IMG/VR virus record: IMGVR_UViG_3300020383_000006
Span: 81,505-145,504 of that record
Reading direction: 5' to 3' (one strand)
Origin: a virus
Length of the DNA: 64,000 nucleotides
Shown: one piece after another, positions 1-8,341 of the stretch
Layout: each line of letters opens with the position of its first letter
How positions within the stretch are numbered: the stretch's first letter is position 1
Position numbers and translations under genes: made by a program
Notes under the pieces: model-generated
The model's input: only the letters and a program-made list of their open reading frames with translations
Databases searched by the model: none
What the model was told of the DNA's origin: nothing

Positions 1-1541
1 TACATTATTCCATTACCGTAGTCTAATGACACATAAGTATGTATAATTGATGGATTATGTTTTCTTATAAAAGATTTAAGCAACTTTCCGAAGCCACCTA
101 CGCAATTCAGCGAGGCATACCTAATAATTTCGTATTCGTCCTTACAGGAAGGATTTAACCCTAAAACGGATACGAGCTTACCTTCATAAATTAAACCATA
201 ATAATATTTTGCGTCACGTGAACCTTGAATATGTGTTTTTTCTAAAAATGGAAAATATTCTTCTTTTGTTAATTTAACAACTGAACATTTTCTAGCATAA
301 TATCGTTCATTTGATTTACCACACATATGTAATATTTTAGATTTAATCACTTCAGGTTTTTGTTCCCACCAATCTTCATACACATGGATAATTCTATATC
401 CTTTATCTAAAACCTCAAGGGATTTATTTTGATGGTAATTCCTATCACCTTTCATTTCAAACGAATGCCAAAACATGCCGTTAAATTCTATAACGATTTT
501 ATGTTCAGGTATAATGATATCACATTCTTTGGGTGAAATTAATGAACGGTCATTTGGAATGTAATCAATATTGTTTTCTTCTAGAAATTTTCTAACTTCC
601 ATTTCTTTTGATGAAACAGAATAAGAATTTTTCCTATCTATACCTAAAGCAATCATTGCTTGTAAAACAGTTCTATGAGAACCAACTCCAATTACTTCAG
701 CAATTTTCCTAGAACATTGATACTTTTCGTATAATTCTAACAATAATTGTTTATTTGTTAATGCTTCTATAATTTCATCAGTAAAATGTATTTTAGAATA
801 ATTGTCATGCCCGTATCGTTCTTGGTTTGTTTCAATAACTTTTTGGAGTATATCCTTAGACTGAAGTGGGCGTTCAACACCATGATTTTGTAAACAAGTA
901 CCTTTTGATTTATCTAATATTTCAGGTGATTGTAATACATGGTTAACACCATATTTTTCAAGAACAGTTTCGGTGGATTTTTCTTTAGTAGATTCTAATT
1001 GAAATACGTTATCAACACCATATCTTTCATTTACGGAATCTACTCTATTTTGTTTAACTTGTTCACTTGAACGATAATCTTCTACACCATATTTTTCTTT
1101 TGAAGTTTGTTTAACTTTTTCTTTAAACTCATTAGAAGTAAAAACGTGTTCAGAACCATAACGTTCTTTATTTGTTTGTTTAATCTTTTCTTTAATAGAA
1201 TCATCTTTCATATGGTGACCACCATATTTTTCTGATGAAATTTTTCTAGCATTTTCTGATGAACATTTAACTGAACAGAATTTAGCAAAACCGCCTTTTT
1301 TATAATAAGGGGATTGTTTATCTATTCCCTTTGGTAAAATATTACCGCATGAGCATTTTGGAATTGAATTTATTTCATACAAAACGCAATATAATCTTTG
1401 AACCAAAGGTACGTTATTATATTGTTCATCTAAGAAAGAAGTTTTGATCAATAATTCTTTAACAAAATTTGTATGTTTACTGGAACGAATTTCCCTTCCA
1501 TTAGGGTAATTATTTTCAATGATATATTCTTTCAAGTTCAT
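1..1541 (-). CDS. Hef-like (Vsr/PD-(D/E)XK) homing endonuclease, 3'-truncated by the window edge; not in the ORF track
   Basis: Manual translation from ATG at 1541 (MNLKEYIIENNYPNG...) stays open to position 1. It has a Cys cluster (KCSCG...FCSVKC), about 7 repeats of the (E/K)(K/R)YG(V/S)(E/D)(N/H) type, ECDIIIPEHKIVIEFNGMFWHS, GYRIIHVYEDWW, YARKC and FLEKTHIQG. Confidence 0.85.
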   Translation of the reverse strand, partial: MNLKEYIIENNYPNGREIRSSKHTNFVKELLIKTSFLDEQYNNVPLVQRLYCVLYEINSIPKCSCGNILPKGIDKQSPYYKKGGFAKFCSVKCSSENARKISSEKYGGHHMKDDSIKEKIKQTNKERYGSEHVFTSNEFKEKVKQTSKEKYGVEDYRSSEQVKQNRVDSVNERYGVDNVFQLESTKEKSTETVLEKYGVNHVLQSPEILDKSKGTCLQNHGVERPLQSKDILQKVIETNQERYGHDNYSKIHFTDEIIEALTNKQLLLELYEKYQCSRKIAEVIGVGSHRTVLQAMIALGIDRKNSYSVSSKEMEVRKFLEENNIDYIPNDRSLISPKECDIIIPEHKIVIEFNGMFWHSFEMKGDRNYHQNKSLEVLDKGYRIIHVYEDWWEQKPEVIKSKILHMCGKSNERYYARKCSVVKLTKEEYFPFLEKTHIQGSRDAKYYYGLIYEGKLVSVLGLNPSCKDEYEIIRYASLNCVGGFGKLLKSFIRKHNPSIIHTYVSLDYGNGIM

Positions 1542-1605
1542 ATTATAATTCTGGTTCTTTATAAGATCATTCAATTATACCTTAATTTATTGGTGTTTTA
1601 TAGGC

Positions 1606-1633
1606 ATAAAAAAGAGGAGCCAAAAGGCTCCTC
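1606..1633 (-). terminator. Rho-independent terminator after the major capsid gene
   Basis: Perfect 8-bp stem GAGGAGCC-AAAA-GGCTCCTC (1614-1633) followed by a T-tract on the minus strand. Confidence 0.9.
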
Positions 1634-1668
1634 AAGTTAGCTATGAATTATTATTGTTATAATTCAGA

Positions 1669-2949
1669 TTAGCCTTTAAGGTTAGTTACCGCGAATTTAC
1701 GGAAGTATTGGTTTTCACCTTGACCTAAACCTTTACCAGCTTTAGCAGAACCGTTAGCTTGGGTTTCAACGAAAGGATTCGCCTTAATACCGTAACGAGT
1801 CTGGAAACCGATACGTGGCTGGAAGCTATCTTCCGCAGTAGCACGTACCATTTCTAGTGGAACGTATGGGCACCAGTATACGCCAGCATCCCAAGCGTTT
1901 TGACCTTTATAACCCAATGTGATATAATCACGAGTTGCATAAGGGTCAACGTGAACTTGATAACGACCAAGCAAGATACCTGCAAAGGTGTTAGAAGTAA
2001 CGTCAACGTTCAAGCGAGAAGCCAACTCAGGGTTGTAATCCAATACGCCAGCCATGTTCAATGCAGAAGCAACGTTAGCTGAACAGATTACGCGGTTTGC
2101 TTTACCACGACGAGTTGAAATTGCGATTGCGTTAGCTTCAAGTTCAAGTTGGAACATAAGCCCTTTGAACTTCTCAACCAACCAACGACCGTCAGAGTCA
2201 GCAGAAAGGTCAAACATACCTGGAGTTGCAGCATCTTGAGCACCAATTTGTGCTGAAGTGTTGATTGTACGTAACAACTCACGGTCTTGTTCCGCTACAA
2301 TTTCAGTAGAAAGAACGTTAGCCAATTCACTTTCAGCGTCCAAGTTGTGGATTTGCTTCAAGTCGTGACGCAGTTCGTGGGTGAAAGAAGCTTTCAATTT
2401 ACGTGCTTTAGTTGAAACGTCAGTACGCTCAATTGAGAACGTCATTTCTTGCCAAGGATCGCCAGCTGTTGTACCAAGTTCTTCAGCTGCATTAGTTGAC
2501 ATACCAGTACCAGTAGAAGTACCTTCTGAAGGATCGCCTGTACCGAAGAAATCAGCAGGGAAACCTGAAGTATCACCAGCTTGAGTTCCAGCACCAGAGT
2601 GCGCAGTATTCGCTTCGTCGTGTAATGCTTCAGCGCCAGTTTGTGAAGTATAACGAGCACGCATAGCGAAGATTGAACCAGTTGGTCCAGATAGTGGTTG
2701 AACGCCAGCTAAATCAAAAGCCATAAGCTGAGGACCAGCACGACGAACCATACGGATCAATACTGGATCCCAGTTTGAAACACCACCAGTTTGAGTAGAA
2801 TGCTCAGAAGATTCGTTCATGCCTTGCATAAATTTGATCTGATTCGTAAGCATTGACTCAGTTACGTATTTTTTGTGACTTTCACCGATCTGAGGGAACT
2901 TTTCGCTCTCAATCAGCTCATTCACTTTTTCAGTAATCATATTATCCAT
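1669..2949 (-). CDS. gp23: major capsid protein
   Basis: WDPVLIRMVRR, GVQPLSGPTGSIFAMR, EMTFSIE, ELRHDLKQIHNLDAESELANVLSTEI, YCPYVPL-like and FQPRIGFQTRYG motifs. Confidence 0.98.
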   Translation of the reverse strand: MDNMITEKVNELIESEKFPQIGESHKKYVTESMLTNQIKFMQGMNESSEHSTQTGGVSNWDPVLIRMVRRAGPQLMAFDLAGVQPLSGPTGSIFAMRARYTSQTGAEALHDEANTAHSGAGTQAGDTSGFPADFFGTGDPSEGTSTGTGMSTNAAEELGTTAGDPWQEMTFSIERTDVSTKARKLKASFTHELRHDLKQIHNLDAESELANVLSTEIVAEQDRELLRTINTSAQIGAQDAATPGMFDLSADSDGRWLVEKFKGLMFQLELEANAIAISTRRGKANRVICSANVASALNMAGVLDYNPELASRLNVDVTSNTFAGILLGRYQVHVDPYATRDYITLGYKGQNAWDAGVYWCPYVPLEMVRATAEDSFQPRIGFQTRYGIKANPFVETQANGSAKAGKGLGQGENQYFRKFAVTNLKG

Positions 2950-2990
2950 TTTAAAACCTCTTGAATGAGAATTAATTAACCGTTATTAAT

Positions 2991-2998
2991 TATTTATA
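2991..2998 (-). promoter_or_regulatory. T4-type late promoter TATAAATA (gp23)
   Basis: Exact consensus about 40 bp upstream of the gp23 start. Confidence 0.8.
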
Positions 2999-3009
2999 TA
3001 AATTGAAAT

Positions 3010-3756
3010 TTAAACTCGAGACATTACGCTGTCTAACCAAGAATTAGTTGGTTGATTCTGATTATTTTGCTCATTAAGCGTGTTATCTGAATCTTCTTTA
3101 CTATTTTCTTGACCAGGAGCTAAAGACTCTTTTAAATCTTCCAATGCGCCTTTATACTGTGACTCATCAATGAATTTAACTTTAGAAGCCATTTCCTGAA
3201 GTTTTTCACGTTTAGTCTCAGTCATGTCCTCAGAAACGGTTTCAAATACTTTAGAGCGTTTAGACTCAGTAATTGTCGCTTCCAATTCAGTTTGCTTGTC
3301 TAATAGCTTATCAATTTTCTGATTAGCTTCAGCAAGATTTTGATTTGCTTTATCCAATTCATTTTCTGAACCATGAGGAACTTGAACGTTGAATTGTTCA
3401 GCAATACTACCTAAACCACCAAGGAAACTTTCAGCAAGTTTAACCTTGATACCGTTGTCGACAGCCAGTTTGTTTTCAGACATAAACTCTGAAGCGGCAT
3501 GATCAACATATTTACCAATTTGAGGAATAACTTCTTCGTTAATATATTGTTCCGTTTTGTCTTCCATCTCGGTAACAACATATTCTGAATAGTTTTCGGC
3601 CAATGCTGAATACTTATCTTCAGCCTTAGCTTCCTCTTCAGTTCTAATTTCTTCTCGGGCTTCAGAAATCTGATTTTCCAAGACCTTAGAAACCTTCGTT
3701 TTAAAGTCTTCACTGATTTCAACGCCATCGAAGATTTTCATTAGATCTTCGTTCAT
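3010..3756 (-). CDS. gp22: prohead core scaffold protein
   Basis: ISEDFKTK, acidic coiled coil, EFMSENKLAVDNGIKVKLAESFLGGL; lies directly upstream of gp23. Confidence 0.92.
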   Translation of the reverse strand: MNEDLMKIFDGVEISEDFKTKVSKVLENQISEAREEIRTEEEAKAEDKYSALAENYSEYVVTEMEDKTEQYINEEVIPQIGKYVDHAASEFMSENKLAVDNGIKVKLAESFLGGLGSIAEQFNVQVPHGSENELDKANQNLAEANQKIDKLLDKQTELEATITESKRSKVFETVSEDMTETKREKLQEMASKVKFIDESQYKGALEDLKESLAPGQENSKEDSDNTLNEQNNQNQPTNSWLDSVMSRV

Positions 3757-3796
3757 TTTCTTGACCTCGCTTTATGAAAATAACTCATATAAACTA

Positions 3797-3804
3797 TATT
3801 TATA
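3797..3804 (-). promoter_or_regulatory. late promoter TATAAATA (gp22)
   Basis: Exact consensus in the intergenic gap upstream of gp22. Confidence 0.75.
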
Positions 3805-3825
3805 TGTACTATAAATTAAAATTAT

Positions 3826-4245
3826 TTACTGTATGGAACTTAGAATAGTTTCTTTATTCTTTTTAATTGATCTTTCTATCTTTTTAAATAAATTTTCAAC
3901 GCTTTTAGAAGAAGAAACGGTTCTTATATCGTATAATCTAAACCCTTTCCACTCAGCCACTAATTTATCAGCCAAACGCATACCAGAAATATGAGTTTCA
4001 CCTTTTTCATGACCATATATTTCTAAAGTAGCAAATTTTCCACTTTGACCAATTAGATTAATTTTCATTAAATCTGAATGAAATTCCCCATCCTTTACTT
4101 TTACTTTTATTCCATCTTGATCAAATATTTTTGGGAATAATTTCATAGCTTCTTTTTTTGCTGATGAAAATAGTTCATTTTTATTATTGCGAAAATCAAA
4201 TGTTCCTGTTGGGGATTCATTCAGAAATTCTTTAAACGTTTTCAT
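3826..4245 (-). CDS. putative internal head protein with capsid-targeting leader (MKTFKEFLNE)
   Basis: Leader resembles the T4 IP capsid-targeting sequence; lies between gp21 and gp22. Confidence 0.7.
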   Translation of the reverse strand: MKTFKEFLNESPTGTFDFRNNKNELFSSAKKEAMKLFPKIFDQDGIKVKVKDGEFHSDLMKINLIGQSGKFATLEIYGHEKGETHISGMRLADKLVAEWKGFRLYDIRTVSSSKSVENLFKKIERSIKKNKETILSSIQ

Positions 4246-4248
4246 TGT

Positions 4249-4725
4249 TTATAAAAACCTCTTTGCTGATTCATTTGCAAGTTTTTTAATTTTTGCTAAT
4301 GTTAAACCACTTGCATCATGATTTCTATGACCTTTTACACTACCGCTAATTGAAGTTTTTTCAATTCCATTGACCACACCCCTACTATTGAATGTTAATT
4401 TGAATCTAAAAGAAACATCGACATCATCTAATGGAAATCCGTCACTACTAGAACCTCTGAATGTAGCTCTCGCATCAATAGTGGCTGAATCAGAATGAAT
4501 ATTTAATTGGGAACTAATATAGCTTGTTGTTAACCTACCATTGCCAGAATTTAAACTCCAACTTAACATTTTTGCTATTTTAGAATATCCTTTTTCAAGT
4601 ACTTTTAGATTAGCAATTTCTTGTGGAATTCTACCATTCAAATCATAAGTCTTATTAAAGAACTCAGGATTTTTTAAAAATTCTGGGAAATTTGATTCAT
4701 TCAAAAATTCTTTAAACGTTTTCAT
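4249..4725 (-). CDS. putative internal head protein with capsid-targeting leader (MKTFKEFLNE); start re-called at 4725
   Basis: An internal ATG at 4725 gives the same leader as the neighbour and has AGG upstream; the track start at 4749 overlaps the previous gene. Confidence 0.7.
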   Translation of the reverse strand: MKTFKEFLNESNFPEFLKNPEFFNKTYDLNGRIPQEIANLKVLEKGYSKIAKMLSWSLNSGNGRLTTSYISSQLNIHSDSATIDARATFRGSSSDGFPLDDVDVSFRFKLTFNSRGVVNGIEKTSISGSVKGHRNHDASGLTLAKIKKLANESAKRFL

Positions 4726-4742
4726 TATTTTAAACCTATATG

Positions 4743-5000
4743 TTACCACTGTTTAAATACATAATCATCTTTACTTAAATACCAATTTTCGGTGTTGCCG
4801 TTTTCTAATTCTACAGCAACTTCATAATTGTATCTATCTTCTCTTTCTATATCCTTTACGATCACGACAATAGGTTTTTCGAAAGAATCAGGATTATCTA
4901 CTTCAGCAGCCAAATAGCTTTTTCCTTTTCTTAATGAAGGCGGATTCATCCAACCTTCATCATTCATGTCTTCATTTAAAAAATCTTTGAATGTTTTCAT
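4743..5000 (-). CDS. putative internal head protein with capsid-targeting leader (MKTFKDFLNE)
   Basis: Leader motif; translationally coupled to the gp21 stop. Confidence 0.7.
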   Translation of the reverse strand: MKTFKDFLNEDMNDEGWMNPPSLRKGKSYLAAEVDNPDSFEKPIVVIVKDIEREDRYNYEVAVELENGNTENWYLSKDDYVFKQW

Positions 5001-5644
5001 TTCTTAAGTCCTTTAACATAATCTTCTAATTTCTGAAGGAATATTCCTTCATCAAATTGATGAACAGGTTCTTGACCTTCTTTCTGAACCCAAATACCTG
5101 ATTCAGTAAGCATCCATTGCTTTGATTCGTTAATAGCGTTAACATAAGCATCAGGAGCTGAAGGGTTGTCAACACAATCGGTTGCTGTGAACATTAAATC
5201 ATCTTGAACGTATTTAGTACCGTTTCTTTCTTTAAGTGACCCTAAAGCACGAGTTGAAACGCCAAGGTTAAACCCGCCTTCTAATAAACCTTTAACGATT
5301 TCACCTTTTGGCGTATTTAAAACCAATGCTTTACCGTAGACGTCATTGCCTTGCCATTCTAATTCCTTAATAAGGATAGCCGCTTGGCTAGGATCAGCAA
5401 AAGGATATTCTGGGTGGTTTAATTCACCCAAAGCTCTACGTCTACTAACATAATCTCTGTCATAACGGTCAATAGCTTTTTCCATAACTGAACGTTCATA
5501 GAAACGACCATTACCGTTTTTGATTTCTGATTGTGCAAAGATACCCTCAATGAAAACTTGTTTACCGCTTTCGGTGTTTTCAGTAAGCATCTCAACTTTA
5601 TCAGATGATTCTACTAATAGATTGTACATTTTATTTTTATCCAT
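4997..5644 (-). CDS. gp21: prohead protease
   Basis: FIEGIFAQSEIKNGNGRFY, RALGELNHP, LGVSTRALGSL, DCVDNPSAPDAYV. Confidence 0.97.
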   Translation of the reverse strand: MDKNKMYNLLVESSDKVEMLTENTESGKQVFIEGIFAQSEIKNGNGRFYERSVMEKAIDRYDRDYVSRRRALGELNHPEYPFADPSQAAILIKELEWQGNDVYGKALVLNTPKGEIVKGLLEGGFNLGVSTRALGSLKERNGTKYVQDDLMFTATDCVDNPSAPDAYVNAINESKQWMLTESGIWVQKEGQEPVHQFDEGIFLQKLEDYVKGLKK

Positions 5645-5646
5645 TT

Positions 5647-5913
5647 TTATAGCCCCATAGAACTACGTTTCTTCAGAGCCTTTTTTCTTTTGTACTGTGA
5701 TCTTTTCTTAGCACCTGAACCCTTTGAACGCTTAGTTCTTACTGCCTTTCTAATAGAACGTTTTTTAGAAGATTTTTCTGAACCAGACATAGGAACACAA
5801 GAAGTTCCTTTAGAGTTTAATTTAAACCCTTTTTTACATTTAACTCTTTTGGTCTTTTTACCTTTTGAGTTAACTCTGGTTACTTTACGCGCTTCTTCAA
5901 TTTGGTCAGACAT
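5647..5913 (-). CDS. gp68: prohead core protein, gp68-like (very basic)
   Basis: K/R-rich protein ending RSSMGL; position between gp67 and gp21. Confidence 0.7.
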   Translation of the reverse strand: MSDQIEEARKVTRVNSKGKKTKRVKCKKGFKLNSKGTSCVPMSGSEKSSKKRSIRKAVRTKRSKGSGAKKRSQYKRKKALKKRSSMGL

Positions 5914-5934
5914 AATATTTACCTCCAGTGAGGA

Positions 5935-6171
5935 TTATTCTTCGTCTTTATCTTTTTCTTCATCATCAGAATCTGAATATTTTTCATCATCAAGGTCTTC
6001 TTCGTCATCTTCTTCAGGTTCTTTTTCTTCAGAAACGAAGCTGTAACCAGTAAGGATTTCAGATTCACGTTCATTAATTTTATAACCAACTGATTCTTTT
6101 AGTTTATCTTTAATACCATTGATAACTTCGTTAGAGTTACCTTCTTTTAATTTTGTGTACAAGTCTTTCAT
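5935..6171 (-). CDS. gp67: prohead core protein, gp67-like (acidic tail)
   Basis: Small protein with a D/E-rich C-terminus directly downstream of the portal. Confidence 0.7.
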   Translation of the reverse strand: MKDLYTKLKEGNSNEVINGIKDKLKESVGYKINERESEILTGYSFVSEEKEPEEDDEEDLDDEKYSDSDDEEKDKDEE

Positions 6172-6206
6172 TTTAAAAACCTCTAGTTAAATTTATTCCT
6201 TTAATT

Positions 6207-6214
6207 TATTTATT
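6207..6214 (-). promoter_or_regulatory. late promoter variant AATAAATA (gp67-68-21 operon)
   Basis: One mismatch to consensus; intergenic. Confidence 0.6.
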
Positions 6215-6225
6215 AAAGAAAAATA

Positions 6226-7749
6226 TTAAAATCTTCCTGGTTCTTCTTTAGGCTGATATTGTTCAATATTTTTCTCTTCTTTAATTTCTTTATCCATTTC
6301 CTTCATTTGTTCTTCATTTTGTTTAAATATTTCACGGCGAACGTAATTGTGGGAAATATATTTACCAGTATATTGGTCTAATTCTCTAGCTAAATTTAAA
6401 CGTTCTTGAAGGATTTCGTTTCTAGTCGCTTCTTCTAAATACAAATCATGTGAATAGTTAAAAACGATTTTGTCTTTAATATCATCAAATTCCTTTGACG
6501 TCATTATTTTAGTAAGAATACATTCGGTTCTTAATAAATCCAAGAACACTTCATTAAAGCGGGTTCTAACTCTAGAAACAAATTTACTAAACTTCAACTC
6601 ATCCCTAGTAATTTCAGTTGTTCTGCCGCCCATAAATGTGGATTCAGGTTCTAATCTAGAAACAGGTAAATTAAGTGACTTATAAACTTTTTTCTGGAAA
6701 TAGACAATATCTTCAATATCACCTAAGTTTTGACCACCAGGAAGCGTAGTAACTTCAGTTCCTTTACCGTTAGAATCACGAGGCAACCAAAAGTCCTCTT
6801 GCATCGTATAAAAGGCTTTTCCATCCTTGAACGTACCCTTTTCAGGGTCAAATTGCATTTTGTTCCTGTAGGATGTTTGGAGCTTCTTAAGATATGCTTG
6901 TCCTTTAGACTTTTGAAGTTTAGAAGTATCAACATAAAAAACACGACGTTCAGGTGCGCGAGTAATACGGTAAATTAAAAGCGCATTTTCCATCATTCGT
7001 AATTGGTTAACAGGCTTAACTGCTTTATGCAAATAAGAAACCGCGTAACCTGTTTTATCATCAGTCATTCCAGTAGTAACGTAAACAACTGCATCAGGGT
7101 TTAATTCTACTGCTTCAATATATTGGTTTCTATCAGTTTTCTTATTCTTTTTATTTGTACCAACGTTTTCATTATAGATAATTTTTTCTATAATTCCAGT
7201 AATTGCTTTAGTTTGTCTATCATATTCAGTTTGTTTAACCTTAGATACAAATCTAGGGTCTAACTGAACAACTTTCAAAATACCGTCTTTGGGTCTACTT
7301 TTGTCTATAACTTTTTGGTAAGTTGCGCGACCATCTATGTAAAAATCACGTGCTTTTTTGTAAATAGTTTTCTTTAATTCCATTACTCGGGTTATTTTAT
7401 CCCAAGCATCATAAATTTTATTTCTTACATTTTCAGAAAGGTCATCTTCTAATCCCGTTAAATCCATAGAAACAGGTTCTTCATTTTCATGGAAAGAAAC
7501 CATTTCGTTAATAATGTCATCAATAGCTAAATCAACCAATTCATAATTAGCTATTTCCCTGTAGTCTTCAATTAATGCCGCTTGGTCAGAATATTTTGGG
7601 TCAAAGTTTAGGAAGTTTTGGTAGTATCCCTCAGAAAACTCAATAGCACCATCATCATTTTCGTCTGCTATCTGATTGGTCTGAATCCTTTCTTCATCAG
7701 GATTATCAAACTTAAATTTTTCTAGAAAATCACCAAATACACTCATCAA
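6226..7749 (-). CDS. gp20: portal protein
   Basis: SYLHKAVKPVNQLRMMENALLIYRITRAPERRVFYVD, EDFWLPR, GTEVTTLPGGQNLG, EITRDELKFSKF. Confidence 0.98.
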   Translation of the reverse strand: MMSVFGDFLEKFKFDNPDEERIQTNQIADENDDGAIEFSEGYYQNFLNFDPKYSDQAALIEDYREIANYELVDLAIDDIINEMVSFHENEEPVSMDLTGLEDDLSENVRNKIYDAWDKITRVMELKKTIYKKARDFYIDGRATYQKVIDKSRPKDGILKVVQLDPRFVSKVKQTEYDRQTKAITGIIEKIIYNENVGTNKKNKKTDRNQYIEAVELNPDAVVYVTTGMTDDKTGYAVSYLHKAVKPVNQLRMMENALLIYRITRAPERRVFYVDTSKLQKSKGQAYLKKLQTSYRNKMQFDPEKGTFKDGKAFYTMQEDFWLPRDSNGKGTEVTTLPGGQNLGDIEDIVYFQKKVYKSLNLPVSRLEPESTFMGGRTTEITRDELKFSKFVSRVRTRFNEVFLDLLRTECILTKIMTSKEFDDIKDKIVFNYSHDLYLEEATRNEILQERLNLARELDQYTGKYISHNYVRREIFKQNEEQMKEMDKEIKEEKNIEQYQPKEEPGRF

Positions 7750-7773
7750 TAGATTCCTTTTTGAAAATACAAA

Positions 7774-7796
7774 TCGAGGGAATTAACTTCCCTCGA
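7774..7796 (-). terminator. hairpin/terminator after the tail tube gene
   Basis: 9-bp stem TCGAGGGAA/TTCCCTCGA followed by TTTGTATTTT on the minus strand. Confidence 0.7.
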
Positions 7797-7799
7797 ATA

Positions 7800-7807
7800 T
7801 ATTTATA
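7800..7807 (-). promoter_or_regulatory. late promoter TATAAATA (gp20)
   Basis: Exact consensus between gp19 and gp20. Confidence 0.75.
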
Positions 7808-7816
7808 TCATAATAA

Positions 7817-8341
7817 TTAGGTTGAGTTACCGTTATCAATGTCAGAATAAGCAAACGTTGTTGAGAACGTTTCAATCTGGTCATTAGAGTCTTGGGCTAA
7901 CTCAATAGGCGTAATGATTTGTGGCCAAGCGTATAACATAGCAACCGATTTAACGCGGTTGTCATTATTATCTAATTGGTGAACTTCCACTGTACCGAAC
8001 ATTTCTTCCGGTGCAGTTAACCCAGTATTAGAATTATACGCATTAATGGCGTTTTGCCAACGTTCCAACGCATTTTGAATAGCGAAATCAGTATCGTTAT
8101 AAAATGTTGCTTCCCAATCTTCAAAAGTACGATCACCAGGAAGTTTTAATTGACGACCACGGAAACCGACTTCTTTAACGCCTAGATTAGATCCAGGAAT
8201 TTGCGAAGCTTGTACTAAGAAAGCCGTTTTTCTGATTTCTTCTTGCGTTGCCGCGAAAGCAGGAAAATCAATTACAACCTCGAAGCGGTTGGGACTAGCC
8301 CCACCGCCTTTAAGGTTAGAAAGAAAATTCTGAATACTCAT
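7817..8341 (-). CDS. gp19: tail tube protein
   Basis: GGGASPNRFEV, FRGRQLKLPGDRTFEDW, VHQLD, IETFSTTFAY. Confidence 0.96.
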   Translation of the reverse strand: MSIQNFLSNLKGGGASPNRFEVVIDFPAFAATQEEIRKTAFLVQASQIPGSNLGVKEVGFRGRQLKLPGDRTFEDWEATFYNDTDFAIQNALERWQNAINAYNSNTGLTAPEEMFGTVEVHQLDNNDNRVKSVAMLYAWPQIITPIELAQDSNDQIETFSTTFAYSDIDNGNST

